Assembly (NCBI GenBank): GCA_963795765.1
Contig: CAWCJW010000005.1
Location: 18,984-82,983 of the forward strand
From: an uncultured Solirubrobacterales bacterium
GTDB taxonomy: Bacteria; Actinomycetota; Thermoleophilia; Solirubrobacterales; 70-9
DNA length: 64,000 bases
Reading direction: 5' to 3'
Below, one piece after another: positions 1-9,570 of the stretch (within the stretch, counting starts at the first letter, position 1; each line of letters begins with the position of its first letter). A program made the translations under genes and the position numbers. The notes under the pieces are model-generated. The model was not told the DNA's origin. It ran no database searches and saw only the letters and a list, made by a program, of their open reading frames with translations.

Positions 1-1218
1 ACGCAGGAGATCACCGCCGCCCGCTACTACCAGGGCGTCAACAACGCACTCAACGTCGACCGGATGCCGTTCACCGGCTTCGACACGACCTGGTCGGTGA
101 AGCCCGGCGCAGGTCCCAGCTACCTGCCTGACTACGACCCGGACTCCGCCTCGACCGGAACGATGTGGGCGACCGGCCAGAAGACGATCGACGAGCGCAT
201 CTCACAGGGGCCGAGCAGCGCGATCAACGTCCCCGGCCCGAACCTGAAGACGGTGCTGGAGCTGGCCCAGAAGAAGGGGATGAAGGTGGGCGACGTCTCG
301 ACCGCGGAGATCACCGACGCGACACCCGCCGTGCTCGCCTCCCATATATCCCTGCGCGGTTGCCAGGGCCCGGCCGATATGGCTGCCTGCCCGCTGGAGA
401 CCAAGGCCGCGGGCGGTCTCGGCTCGATCGCTGAGCAGGAGGTCGACCACAAGGTCGATGTTCTCCTCGGCGGCGGTCGCAACCGCTTCACCCCAGCGAT
501 CAGCGGCGGGCCCGACAACGGCAAGACGGTGATCGAATCGGCCCAAGCCAAGGGCTATCGCTACGTCACCGACGCCGCCGGCCTGAGCGCGGTCTCGAGC
601 AGCAGCAAACCGGTCCTCGGCCTCTTCAACCCGAGCAATATGTCGCTCGAGTGGAGCGGTCCCGCGGCCTCGCTGGGTAAGGGCAACGCACCGGCGCCCT
701 GCAACGAGAACCAGCGCCCGGCCAGCGAGCCGAGCCTGGCGGCGATGACCCAGAAGTCGATTGAACTGCTCGAGAACCGCAGGGGCTTCTTCCTGCAGGT
801 CGAGGGCGCCTCGATCGACAAGCAGGACCACGCGACCAACGCCTGTGGGCAGATCGGCGAGACCGTCGCCTTCGACAATGCGATCGGCGTCGCCCTCGAC
901 TACCAGCGCCGTCACCAGGACACGCTGATCGTGGTCACCGCCGATCACTCGCACACCAGTCAGATCGTCGGCGAGGACGCCAGCGGCTCGGGTTCGCCGA
1001 CCGGCTACTCGACCAACCTGACCACCAAGGACGGGCAGACGCTCAGCCTTACCTACGGGACGGCCGGTTACGGCGGCCCCGGTGTGGCCCCGGTGGCGGC
1101 GCCACCAAGCCAGCAGCACACGGGCGCGGCGGTGCCGGTTTGGGCCAGCGGGCCCGGTGGGCTCGACGTGCTCGGGACCAACGACCACACGGACCTGTTC
1201 GACGTGTTGGGCGGCTAG
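1..1218 (+). CDS. phoA: Alkaline phosphatase, PhoA family (N-terminus lies upstream of the window)
   Basis: Frame is open from nt 1 (TQEITAARYY...) into listed ORF 64..1218. PhoA motifs are present: PDSASTGT (Ser nucleophile), ASIDKQDH and VTADHSHT (metal ligands). Confidence 0.85.
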   Translation, partial: TQEITAARYYQGVNNALNVDRMPFTGFDTTWSVKPGAGPSYLPDYDPDSASTGTMWATGQKTIDERISQGPSSAINVPGPNLKTVLELAQKKGMKVGDVSTAEITDATPAVLASHISLRGCQGPADMAACPLETKAAGGLGSIAEQEVDHKVDVLLGGGRNRFTPAISGGPDNGKTVIESAQAKGYRYVTDAAGLSAVSSSSKPVLGLFNPSNMSLEWSGPAASLGKGNAPAPCNENQRPASEPSLAAMTQKSIELLENRRGFFLQVEGASIDKQDHATNACGQIGETVAFDNAIGVALDYQRRHQDTLIVVTADHSHTSQIVGEDASGSGSPTGYSTNLTTKDGQTLSLTYGTAGYGGPGVAPVAAPPSQQHTGAAVPVWASGPGGLDVLGTNDHTDLFDVLGG

Positions 1219-1232
1219 TCACGGCCGGTTGC

Positions 1233-1265
1233 GGAGGAGGGGGCGGGCCACTCGCCCCCTCCTCC
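1233..1265 (+). terminator. GC-rich hairpin after phoA (13-bp perfect stem, no U tail)
   Basis: ggaggagggggcg (1233-1245) pairs perfectly with cgccccctcctcc (1253-1265), with a 7-nt loop. It lies 15 nt after the phoA stop and there is no T-run. Confidence 0.4.
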
Positions 1266-1289
1266 TACGTCGGGACTAGGCTGCCCAGC

Positions 1290-2030
1290 ATGATCGTTGG
1301 CTTCTGCGGGTCAGGGAATATGGCGGCGGCGATGGCACGGGGACTGCGTGGCCAAGCCGACGAGATGCTCTTTACCGACAGCGGTTCTGGGCGTGCTGCC
1401 CAACTGGCAAGTGAGCTGGGTGGAGAGGCTGCTGCTTCCAACCGGGAGCTTGCCGAGCGGGCCGATGTCGTGGTGCTCGCGGTCAAGCCAGCGAAGCTGG
1501 CTGAGGCGGCTGCCGAGCTTAGTGCTGCCGAGACGGTGATCTCGCTGCTCGGCGCGACCTCGCTGGAGACGGTTCGCGAAGCATTCCCCGGCGCCGCGGC
1601 GGTGCGGGTGATGCCGAACGTGGGGGTCGAGATCCGCAAAGGCGTGCTCTGCGTGGCCGGGGAGCCCGACGCGAGCGTGCGCGGGCTGCTCGAGGGACTG
1701 GGGCGCGTCTTCGAGCTGCCCGACTCCCAGTTCGACGCGGCAACCGCGGTGATGGGGTGCTCACCGGCTTACGTCGCGCTCGCGGTTGAGGCGATTGCCG
1801 ACGCGGGGACCGCTGATGGCCTGGATGCGGAGCTTGCTCGAGAGTTGGTTGTAGAGACTGCCGCCGGCACTGCCGAGCTCTTGCGCACCCATCACCCGGC
1901 CGACCTGCGCAAGGCGGTTGCCTCGCCCGGTGGCAGCACCGAGGCGGGATTGGAGGCGCTGGATCGCGAAGGCGCCCGCGAGGCGTTCGAGGCTGCGGTG
2001 CGGGCCTCGCTGGAGAGGATGCGGGGATGA
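1290..2030 (+). CDS. proC: Pyrroline-5-carboxylate reductase
   Basis: Internal ATG at 1290 of ORF 1140..2030 gives MIVGFCGSGNMAAAMARGL (Rossmann N-terminus). The C-terminal ASPGGSTEAGL motif is typical of ProC. Confidence 0.85.
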   Translation: MIVGFCGSGNMAAAMARGLRGQADEMLFTDSGSGRAAQLASELGGEAAASNRELAERADVVVLAVKPAKLAEAAAELSAAETVISLLGATSLETVREAFPGAAAVRVMPNVGVEIRKGVLCVAGEPDASVRGLLEGLGRVFELPDSQFDAATAVMGCSPAYVALAVEAIADAGTADGLDAELARELVVETAAGTAELLRTHHPADLRKAVASPGGSTEAGLEALDREGAREAFEAAVRASLERMRG

Positions 2031-2332
2031 CGCTGCTGCTTGCGATCACCCGCTTTGACGTCGCCGATTACGTCAGCGCCCTCTTTCTCGTCTACATCAT
2101 CCTGATCTTCCTCAACGTGCTCAGTTCCTGGATCCCGCGCATGCCCTACAACCGGGCGCTGCGGGCGACGCTCGACTTCGTCAAAGAGACCACCGACCCC
2201 TACCTCAACTTCTTCCGGCGTTTCCTGCCACCGCTTGGCGGCGGCGGCTTCGCCCTCGACCTCAGCCCGATCCTCGGCGTGATCCTGCTCTTCATCATCC
2301 GCACCATCGTCGTCGGCCTGATCGAAGGGTGA
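2027..2332 (+). CDS. yggT: YggT family membrane protein
   Basis: 101 aa with two hydrophobic segments and YggT-like sequence (LFLVYIILIFLNVLSSWIP...). The start overlaps the proC stop. Confidence 0.75.
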   Translation: MTLLLAITRFDVADYVSALFLVYIILIFLNVLSSWIPRMPYNRALRATLDFVKETTDPYLNFFRRFLPPLGGGGFALDLSPILGVILLFIIRTIVVGLIEG

Positions 2333-2781
2333 GCAGCGCCCGCGCCTGGCGCCTCGCCGGAGCACTCTGCGGCGTCGTCGTCATCCTCGATCAGGCCGCC
2401 AAGGCGCTGATCGAGGCAAACCTCGTTCCAGGTCAGGACGTCGACGTGCTCGGCCCGATCGGCCTGACGCTCTCGCACAACAGCGGCGTCGCTTTCGGCC
2501 TCGCCAGCGGCGGCGGTACCCGACTGGTCCTGGTCACGACGGTGGCGCTGGGGGTCGTCGCCTACCTCTTCTCGCGCGAGCCGACCCGGCCCGGCATGTG
2601 GATCGCGGCGGGGCTCTTGGCCGGCGGTGCGATCGGCAACCTCGCCGACCGGATCCGCGCCGACGCGGTCACCGACTACATCGCGATCGGCAACTGGCCG
2701 GCCTTCAACCTGGCCGACGTCGCGGTGACGGCGGGCGTGCTCCTGCTCGCCTACGCCTACGTGCGGGAGCCTCCGGCTTGA
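2329..2781 (+). CDS. lspA: Lipoprotein signal peptidase (signal peptidase II)
   Basis: HNSGVAFGL and FNLADVAV motifs with four TM segments. The start overlaps the yggT stop. Confidence 0.85.
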   Translation: MSSARAWRLAGALCGVVVILDQAAKALIEANLVPGQDVDVLGPIGLTLSHNSGVAFGLASGGGTRLVLVTTVALGVVAYLFSREPTRPGMWIAAGLLAGGAIGNLADRIRADAVTDYIAIGNWPAFNLADVAVTAGVLLLAYAYVREPPA

Positions 2782-3455
2782 GCCCAGAGTTGCGCATCGT
2801 CCACCTCGACGACGACCTCGCCGTGGTCGACAAGCCGGCTGGCCTCGTTGTTCACCCGGCGCCCTCGCACAGCGGTCCGACCCTGGTCAGCGAGCTCGGC
2901 GATCTGCTCGGCGGTGGCGACGAGGCGGAGCGCCCCGGCATCGTCCACCGCCTCGACAAGGAGACCAGCGGCTTGCTTGTCGTCGCCCGCAACGACGAGA
3001 CCCACAGCGCCCTGCAGGCGCAGGTCCAGCGCCGCGAGGTCGAACGGATCTACCTCGCCCTGGCGGGCGGCCGCCTCAGCTCACGCACCGGCACGATCGA
3101 CGCCCCGATCGGCCGCGCCTCGCGCCAGCGCCACCGTATGGCGGTCTCCGGAGCCGCCTCGCGTGAGGCACGCACCCACTTCGAGGTGCTCGAGCTGCTC
3201 GCCGCGGAGACCTACCTCGAGGCGCGCCTGGAGACCGGCCGCACGCACCAGATCCGCGCCCACTTTGCCGCGATCGGCCACCCGCTCGTTGGTGACCCCA
3301 CCTATGGAGGCGAGGGCAAGTACGGCCTCGGGCGGCAGTTCCTCCATGCGCACAGGCTTGCCTTCGATCACCCGAGCAGCGGCGAGCGGATCAGCGTTCA
3401 GTCCGAGCTCCCCGCCGATCTGGCCGCGGCGCTCGAGGCCGCCCGCACCACTTAA
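2778..3455 (+). CDS. RluA-family 23S rRNA pseudouridine synthase (no S4 domain)
   Basis: [26 protein letters not shown] (catalytic Asp) and GRTHQIRAH motifs. TTG at 2778 overlaps the lspA stop; the upstream part of ORF 2598..3455 overlaps lspA and is not coding. Confidence 0.8.
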   Translation: MSPELRIVHLDDDLAVVDKPAGLVVHPAPSHSGPTLVSELGDLLGGGDEAERPGIVHRLDKETSGLLVVARNDETHSALQAQVQRREVERIYLALAGGRLSSRTGTIDAPIGRASRQRHRMAVSGAASREARTHFEVLELLAAETYLEARLETGRTHQIRAHFAAIGHPLVGDPTYGGEGKYGLGRQFLHAHRLAFDHPSSGERISVQSELPADLAAALEAARTT

Positions 3456-3591
3456 TCGCGGTCGGCCCCTCTACAATCCGTCGGCTCGGAAACCAACCCC
3501 CGCATGCACCGACCCGGATCCTGACCGGCATTGCGCCGGATCCCGGCAAGGGCGGCGGGGAACACAGTCCCAAAACAAGGAGCTTCACCTA

Positions 3592-4857
3592 ATGCCAGAG
3601 GCAGGCCTGAAAGAGCTGCTGGAGGCCGGAGTCCACTTCGGCCACCAGACCCGTCGCTGGAACCCGAACATGCGCCGCTACATCTTCGGCGAGCTGGACG
3701 GGATCCACATCATCGACCTGATCCAAACCGAGGCGCTGCTGGAGAACGCGCGCCGCTTTGCCGGCGAGCTCGCCAGCGGCGGCGGCACCGTGCTCTTCGT
3801 CGGCACCAAGAAGCAGGCGCGTGGCCCGGTCGAAGAATGGGCCGACCGCTGCAAGATGCCCTACGTCAACCAGCGCTGGCTCGGCGGCCTGCTGACCAAC
3901 TTCAACACGATGTCGGCGCGGATCGCGCGCCTGCACGAGCTGACCAACTGGCGCGACGAGGGCAAGCTGGAGCTGCTGCCGACCAAGGAGCGGATGGGCA
4001 TGCAGGCCGAACTCGCCAAGCTCGAGTTCAACCTCGGCGGCGTCCGCGACATGGACCGCCTGCCCGACGCCGTCTTCGTCACCGACCTCAAAACCGAGGA
4101 GATCGCCGTGCGCGAGGCCGCTCGCCTGCGCATCCCGATCATCGGCCTGGTCGACACCAACTGCGACCCGAAGCCGATCGACTACGTAATCCCCGGCAAC
4201 GACGACGCGATCCGTTCCTGCCAGCTGGTGATTGGCACGATCGGCGGCGCGGTCGAGGAGGGCGCTGGCGCCTGGCGGGTCCAGGAGGAGAAGCGCATCG
4301 CCGTTGAAATGGAACGGCGCAAGAAGGATGAAGAAGAGCGCAAGAAGCGCGAGGAAGAAGAGAAAGAGCGGGTTGCGGCTGAGGAGGCGGCGAAAAAGGC
4401 CGCGGCTGAAGCGGAGGCGGCCAAACAGGCTCAGGCGGCGCAGGCTCAGGCCAAGGCGCCCCAGGGGCAGGGTGCTCCGGCTCAGGGTCAGGCGCAGGGT
4501 TCTCCGGCACAGGGTTCAAACGCACCAGGCGCGGGTCCTGTCGCCGTAGGGAACCCACCACCCCCTGCGGTCGCTAAAGCGTCCTCGGGGGCGGTGCCCC
4601 CTACGGCGCCACCCGCGACCGAGGCGCCTAAAGCCCCGGCCCCGGCCAAAGCGGCTGAGCCCGAGGCGAAAGCGGCAGCTCCAGTCGCGGCTGAGAAGCC
4701 GGCTGAGCCCGCGGCGGCTGAGAAAGCACCGGCCGCGCCGGCGGAGGAGAAAGCTCCTGCCGAGCCCGTAGCCGCTGAGAAAGCCCCCGAGCCCGCGGCG
4801 GAGGAGAAAGCTCCGGCTGAGAAAGATGAGGCTGCGAAAGAGGGAGGGGAGTCGTGA
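3592..4857 (+). CDS. rpsB: 30S ribosomal protein S2 with a low-complexity C-terminal extension of about 195 aa
   Basis: ATG 3592 is preceded by AAGGAG (3578-3583). The product starts [25 protein letters not shown]. The S2 core ends near 4266, followed by a KE-rich, Q/A/G-rich and AEKAP-repeat tail. The 5' part of ORF 2848..4857 is not coding. Confidence 0.95.
   Translation: MPEAGLKELLEAGVHFGHQTRRWNPNMRRYIFGELDGIHIIDLIQTEALLENARRFAGELASGGGTVLFVGTKKQARGPVEEWADRCKMPYVNQRWLGGLLTNFNTMSARIARLHELTNWRDEGKLELLPTKERMGMQAELAKLEFNLGGVRDMDRLPDAVFVTDLKTEEIAVREAARLRIPIIGLVDTNCDPKPIDYVIPGNDDAIRSCQLVIGTIGGAVEEGAGAWRVQEEKRIAVEMERRKKDEEERKKREEEEKERVAAEEAAKKAAAEAEAAKQAQAAQAQAKAPQGQGAPAQGQAQGSPAQGSNAPGAGPVAVGNPPPPAVAKASSGAVPPTAPPATEAPKAPAPAKAAEPEAKAAAPVAAEKPAEPAAAEKAPAAPAEEKAPAEPVAAEKAPEPAAEEKAPAEKDEAAKEGGES
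4531..4613 (+). repeat. GC-rich hairpin-forming repeat element of about 82 bp, copy inside the rpsB coding tail
   Basis: Roughly 90% identical by hand alignment to the reverse complement of 61647..61727. It shares the terminal 14-mer gcgggtcctgtcgc with 61450. Internal inverted repeats are cgccgtaggg/ccctacggcg and caccaccccc/gggggcggtg. Confidence 0.65.
4621..4842 (+). repeat. Imperfect tandem coding repeats ([14 protein letters not shown] units) in the rpsB tail
   Basis: Repeated gctgagaa(a/g)gc(a/c/t)cc...gagccc units encode [48 protein letters not shown]. Confidence 0.6.
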
Positions 4858-5459
4858 GCGTTACGGCTGCTGATGTGAAGGCGCTGCGGGATCGGACCGG
4901 GGCGGCGATGATGGACTGCAAGGCCGCTCTTACCGAGTCCGAGGGCGATGTCGACCGGGCGATCGAGCTGCTGCGTGTCAAGGGTCAGGCCTCGGCCGCC
5001 AAGCGGGAAGGGCGCGGGACCAACGAGGGGGTCGTCTCCTCTTACATCCACGCCAACGACAAGGTCGGGGCGATGGTGGAGGTGCAGTGCGAGACCGACT
5101 TCGTTGCCCGCAACGAGGACTTCAAGGCGTTCGCCTACGAGGTGGCGCTGCACGTGGCTGCTACCTCGCCACAGTACGTCACCACTGAGGAAATCTCCGC
5201 CGAGGAGCGCGAGGCTGAAAAGCGGGTCTTCGAGGAGAAGGCGCGCGAAGAAGGCAAGCCCGACAACGTGGTCGAGAAGATCGTCGAGGGGCAGCTGGCC
5301 AAGTGGGGCAAGGAAGTCGCCCTGCTCGACCAGTCGCACGTCAACGCCGAGAAGCACGACTCGAAGTCGATCGAGGAGCTGCGACAGGAGCTCGCCGCCA
5401 AGACCGGCGAGAACATCCGCATCGCCCGCTTCGCCTACTTCCGCGTCGGCGACGAATAG
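4854..5459 (+). CDS. tsf: Elongation factor Ts (short, 201-aa form)
   Basis: [24 protein letters not shown]-type UBA N-terminus and the ETDFVARNE motif. The GTG start overlaps the rpsB stop (GTGA). Confidence 0.95.
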   Translation: MSVTAADVKALRDRTGAAMMDCKAALTESEGDVDRAIELLRVKGQASAAKREGRGTNEGVVSSYIHANDKVGAMVEVQCETDFVARNEDFKAFAYEVALHVAATSPQYVTTEEISAEEREAEKRVFEEKAREEGKPDNVVEKIVEGQLAKWGKEVALLDQSHVNAEKHDSKSIEELRQELAAKTGENIRIARFAYFRVGDE

Positions 5460-5472
5460 GCTCGCGGGCCTA

Positions 5473-6207
5473 GTGGCCAACGACCCCCAGTTCAAACGCA
5501 TCCTGCTGAAGCTCTCGGGCGAGGCGCTGATGGGCGACCTCTCCCACGGCACCGACGCGGGTGAGGTGGAGCGCATCGCTGGGCAGGTCTCGGCGATCCG
5601 CGCCCGCGGGGTCGAGGTCGCGATCGTCGTCGGCGCCGGCAACATCTACCGCGGGCTCTCCGCCGCGGCCGAGGGCATGGACCGGGCAACCGGCGACTAC
5701 ATGGGCATGCTGGCGACGGTGCTCAACGCCCTCACCCTGCAGGACGCGCTGGAGAAGGCCGGCGAGCACACGCGCGTGCTCTCGGCGATCGACGTCAAGG
5801 AGGTGGCCGAGCCCTACATCCGCCGCCGCGCCATGCGCCACCTCGAGAAGGGCCGGGTGGTGATTTTCGCCGCTGGCACCGGCAATCCGTTCTTCACCAC
5901 CGACACCGCGGCGGCCCTGCGCGCCCTGGAGATCCACGCCGAAGCGATCCTGATGGCCAAGAACGGGGTGGAGGGGGTCTACGACTCCGATCCCGCGACC
6001 AACCCAGACGCCAAATTCATCGCTGCGATTGGCCATCGTGAGGCGATCGAGCGCGGGCTCAAGGTGATGGACTCGACCGCGCTCTCGCTCTGTATGGACA
6101 ACGACCTTCCCATCTACGTCTTCAACATGGGGGACGCCAGCAACATAGATAGGATCGTCAGCGGCGAGAGGGTGGGAACGCTGGTCTCCAGCGCGCCCGC
6201 CGAGTGA
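5473..6207 (+). CDS. pyrH: UMP kinase
   Basis: [23 protein letters not shown] and [14 protein letters not shown] motifs. GTG 5473 is an internal start of ORF 4948..6207. Confidence 0.95.
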   Translation: MANDPQFKRILLKLSGEALMGDLSHGTDAGEVERIAGQVSAIRARGVEVAIVVGAGNIYRGLSAAAEGMDRATGDYMGMLATVLNALTLQDALEKAGEHTRVLSAIDVKEVAEPYIRRRAMRHLEKGRVVIFAAGTGNPFFTTDTAAALRALEIHAEAILMAKNGVEGVYDSDPATNPDAKFIAAIGHREAIERGLKVMDSTALSLCMDNDLPIYVFNMGDASNIDRIVSGERVGTLVSSAPAE

Positions 6208-6223
6208 CGACAACGGGGGCCCA

Positions 6224-6787
6224 GTGGAGCTGATCGACGAACTGCTCAAGGACGCCGAAGGCCGCATGGCCAAGTCGGTCGAATCCAGCCGTGGTGAGCT
6301 GGCCACGGTGCGCACCGGGCGCGCCTCTCCGCATCTGCTCGACCGCATCATGGTCGACTACTATGGGGCGCAGACCCCGCTCAAGCAGCTCGCCAACGTC
6401 GCCACCTCCGACGCTCGCCTGCTCACCGTGACGCCCTTCGACAAGGGTTCAATTGGAGCGATCGAGAAATCGATCCAGGAGTCCGACATTGGCCTGACCC
6501 CGAGCAACGACGGCAACGTCGTGCGCCTGCAGATCCCCGAGCTGACCGAGGAGCGCCGTCGCGAGATGGTCAAGGTCGTCCACGGCGTCGCCGAGGAGGG
6601 CCGGATCGCGATCCGCAACATCCGCCGCGACGTTATGCACGACTTGCGCGAGCTGAAAAAAGAGGGCGAAGCGGGTGAGGACGACGAGCGCCGCGCCGAG
6701 AGTGCCCTGCAGAAACAGACCGACGACTCGATCGCCGAGATCGACTCTCTCCTTAAGGGGAAGGAAGAGGAGATCCTGGAGGTGTGA
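6224..6787 (+). CDS. frr: Ribosome recycling factor
   Basis: 187 aa with full-length Frr similarity (RTGRASPHLLDRIMVDYYG, IRNIRRD). Confidence 0.95.
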   Translation: MELIDELLKDAEGRMAKSVESSRGELATVRTGRASPHLLDRIMVDYYGAQTPLKQLANVATSDARLLTVTPFDKGSIGAIEKSIQESDIGLTPSNDGNVVRLQIPELTEERRREMVKVVHGVAEEGRIAIRNIRRDVMHDLRELKKEGEAGEDDERRAESALQKQTDDSIAEIDSLLKGKEEEILEV

Positions 6788-7455
6788 GTGCCTCCGCGCG
6801 CTACGTGGCGATCATCACCGACGGCAACGGGCGCTGGGCCCAGAACCAGGGCCTGCCGGTCGTAGAGGGGCACCGGGCGGGAGCCGACACGGTGAAGGCG
6901 CGGTTGCGCGATGCGGTTGAGCTGGGGATCGAGGAGCTGACCGTCTACTCGTTCTCGACCGAGAACTGGTCGCGGCCGGCGGCGGAGGTCGAGGGCTTGA
7001 TGGCGATGTTCGGCGAGCGGATCTCCTCCGAGACGCCTGAGCTCAACGAGGAGGGCGTGCGGATGCGCTTCATCGGTCGCCGCGACGGCGTCTCCGAGGG
7101 GCTTGCCCGTCGTATGGACTGGGCCGAAGAGATCACCGAGGACAACGAGCGGATCACCCTCTTTGTCGCCTTTAACTACGGCGGCCGGGCCGAGATCATC
7201 GACGCCGCACGGCACTTCGAGGGCGACTCCGAGGAGGAGTTCCAGCGCCTCCTCTACGCGCCCGAGATGCACGACCCCGACCTGCTGATCCGCACCAGCG
7301 GCGAGCAGCGAATCTCCAACTACCTACTCTGGCAGTGCGCTTACTCGGAGCTGGTCTTCCGCGACGAGCTCTGGCCCGACTTCGACCGCGCCGCGTTGGA
7401 GGCCTGCCTGCGCGAGTTCGAGGCGCGCCAGCGTCGCTTCGGGGCGAGGACCTGA
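6784..7455 (+). CDS. uppS: Undecaprenyl (isoprenyl) diphosphate synthase
   Basis: IITDGNGRWA, FSTENWSRP and RTSGEQRISNYLLWQ motifs. Confidence 0.9.
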   Translation: MSASARYVAIITDGNGRWAQNQGLPVVEGHRAGADTVKARLRDAVELGIEELTVYSFSTENWSRPAAEVEGLMAMFGERISSETPELNEEGVRMRFIGRRDGVSEGLARRMDWAEEITEDNERITLFVAFNYGGRAEIIDAARHFEGDSEEEFQRLLYAPEMHDPDLLIRTSGEQRISNYLLWQCAYSELVFRDELWPDFDRAALEACLREFEARQRRFGART

Positions 7456-8345
7456 TGCAGGATCTATTCGACGACGACCTGCTCGGCTCCGAGCCGGCGC
7501 CGAAACCGAAACCGCGGCCACCGCGCCGGCCACGGCGCAAACGCAGCGGCAGTGGGGAGACCGCCAAACGCATCCTCTTCGCGATCCCGGCGATCCTCTT
7601 CGCGATCGCGATCACGGTCGCCGGTGGGCTGGTCTTCACGATCGCGATGGTCGGCGTCGGCGTGCTCTGCCTGCGTGAGTACCTGGCGATGACGGCGTCG
7701 GCGCGGCCGATCCCGCGTGCCGCCTACGTCGCGGTTGCGGCGCTGGTCCTCGCCGCCCACTTCGGCACCGCTTTCAACGTGCTGCTGATCATCGCCGCCG
7801 CCTTCCCGGTGCTCTTCTTCTTCGGCGCCGACCGCCACCACCGCGACGGGATCACGGTCTCGATGGGGGTGACCCTGCTCGGCATCGTCTGGATCGGGAT
7901 CCCGCTGGTGCACGCGGTCCTGCTGCGCGATCTGCCCCACCACGGTGCGGCGCTGCTGATCGACGTCCTCGTCGGCACCTTCGCCGCCGATACCGGCGCC
8001 TACGCCACCGGCCGCATGTTCGGCTCGCACAAGATCGCCCCCAGCCTCTCGCCCAATAAGACCCTTGAGGGGCTGATCGGCGGCTTCCTGATCGGCACCA
8101 TGGCCTTCTGGTTCGCTGGGCTCTACCAGGACTGGCTCTCCGGCGCGGATGCCCTGATCATCGGTGCAGCGATCGCCTTGGTGGCGCCGATCGGCGACCT
8201 CTTCGAGTCGATGCTGAAGCGCGACCTCGGCACCAAGGACACGGGAACGCTCTTTGGCCCCCACGGCGGCATCCTCGACCGCCTCGACGCCGTCTTCTTC
8301 ACCGTCGTCGTCGGCTACTACCTCGCCGTCCAGCTGGTCTACTGA
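7455..8345 (+). CDS. cdsA: Phosphatidate cytidylyltransferase (CDP-diglyceride synthase)
   Basis: ATG 7455 shares one nt with the uppS stop. Polytopic membrane protein with the C-terminal signature SMLKRDLGTKDTGTLFGPHGGILDRLD. Confidence 0.85.
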   Translation: MQDLFDDDLLGSEPAPKPKPRPPRRPRRKRSGSGETAKRILFAIPAILFAIAITVAGGLVFTIAMVGVGVLCLREYLAMTASARPIPRAAYVAVAALVLAAHFGTAFNVLLIIAAAFPVLFFFGADRHHRDGITVSMGVTLLGIVWIGIPLVHAVLLRDLPHHGAALLIDVLVGTFAADTGAYATGRMFGSHKIAPSLSPNKTLEGLIGGFLIGTMAFWFAGLYQDWLSGADALIIGAAIALVAPIGDLFESMLKRDLGTKDTGTLFGPHGGILDRLDAVFFTVVVGYYLAVQLVY

Positions 8346-8421
8346 GGACGAGACCGCCTCCGACCGCGATATTGACAGTTCCATGCGGTCTCGGCAAACG
8401 CGCTCCGTATTCTTTGGTCGA

Positions 8422-9570
8422 ATGAAGAAGATCTTGATTCTGGGCTCGACCGGGTCCATCGGCGTGCAGGCGCTGGAAATAGTGGCCTCCTCGGAAGAGC
8501 TGGAAGTCGTGGGGCTCGCCGCGGGTACGAGCTGGGAGCGGACCCTGGCACAGGCGGGAGAGCACGGCGTGGGCGCCGTCGCTTTCGCCGATGAAGATGC
8601 CGCTCGAGCCGCTCGCGGAGCCTGGGACGGCCAGGTCCTCGCCGGTGAGGACGGCATCCGTGAGCTGATTCTCACCTCTGAAGCTGACCTGGTCCTCAAC
8701 GGCATCGTCGGTGCCGCCGGGCTGGGACCGACGATCGTCGCCCTCGGCGAGGGCATCGACGTCGCCCTCGCCAACAAGGAGAGCCTCGTCATCGGCGGCG
8801 AGCTGACCATGGCTCTGGCTGAAGCGACCGGTGCCCGCCTGCTGCCGGTCGACTCCGAGCACTCGGCCCTCTTCCAGCTGATCGGCGCCGAGCGCTCGCC
8901 GGGAACGATCGACCGCCTGGTCCTCACCGCTTCTGGCGGGCCCTTTCGGGGTCGTGCCGATCTTGACGGCGTCAGCATCGAGGAGGCGCTGGCGCACCCG
9001 ACCTGGAGCATGGGCGGTCGGATCACGATCGACTCGGCGACGCTGATGAACAAGGGCTTCGAGGCGATCGAGGCCCATCATCTCTTCGGTGTTCCCTTCG
9101 AGCGGATTGACGTCGTCGTCCACCCGCAGTCGATCGTCCACTCGCTGATCGACCTCAACGATGGCGCCACCATGGCCCACCTCGGTCACCCCGATATGCG
9201 GGTGCCGATCTCCTACGCGCTGCACTACCCCGAACGCGCCGATGTCGAGGTACCGCGGCTCGACCTGGCGACGGTCGGGCAGCTCAGCTTCGAGCCGCCC
9301 GATCTGGAGACCTTTGCCTGCCTGCGGCTTGCGCTCGATGCGGGCAGGGCGGGGGGGACCGCGCCCTGCGTGCTCAACGCCGCCGACGAGGTCGCGGTCG
9401 CCGCTTTCCTTGCCGGCAAGATCGGCTTCACCGCGATCCCGGCGCTGATCGAGCGCGTTCTCGCCGCGATGCCGGCGGTCCAGCCCACCCATTTCGAGGA
9501 CCTCTTCGCGGTCGACGCCGAGGCCCGGCGCCGCACCGATGAGGAGGTACGGGGGTTGGCACGGGTATGA
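8422..9570 (+). CDS. dxr: 1-deoxy-D-xylulose 5-phosphate reductoisomerase
   Basis: MKKILILGSTGSIG N-terminus, LANKESLV, DSEHSA and NKGFE motifs. ATG 8422 is internal to ORF 8254..9570. Confidence 0.95.
   Translation: MKKILILGSTGSIGVQALEIVASSEELEVVGLAAGTSWERTLAQAGEHGVGAVAFADEDAARAARGAWDGQVLAGEDGIRELILTSEADLVLNGIVGAAGLGPTIVALGEGIDVALANKESLVIGGELTMALAEATGARLLPVDSEHSALFQLIGAERSPGTIDRLVLTASGGPFRGRADLDGVSIEEALAHPTWSMGGRITIDSATLMNKGFEAIEAHHLFGVPFERIDVVVHPQSIVHSLIDLNDGATMAHLGHPDMRVPISYALHYPERADVEVPRLDLATVGQLSFEPPDLETFACLRLALDAGRAGGTAPCVLNAADEVAVAAFLAGKIGFTAIPALIERVLAAMPAVQPTHFEDLFAVDAEARRRTDEEVRGLARV

Noticed and set aside
2848-3591. Apparent 248-aa N-terminal extension of rpsB in ORF 2848..4857
   Set aside because: It overlaps the rluA-family gene in another frame and has no S2 similarity. 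A strong SD and the canonical S2 N-terminus appear at 3592.
3455-3591. Promoter or S2-autoregulatory leader upstream of rpsB
   Set aside because: A TACAAT at 3472-3477 lacks a convincing -35 box. The duplicated ccggatcc strings do not form a clear pseudoknot like the known S2 leaders. The evidence is too weak to annotate.
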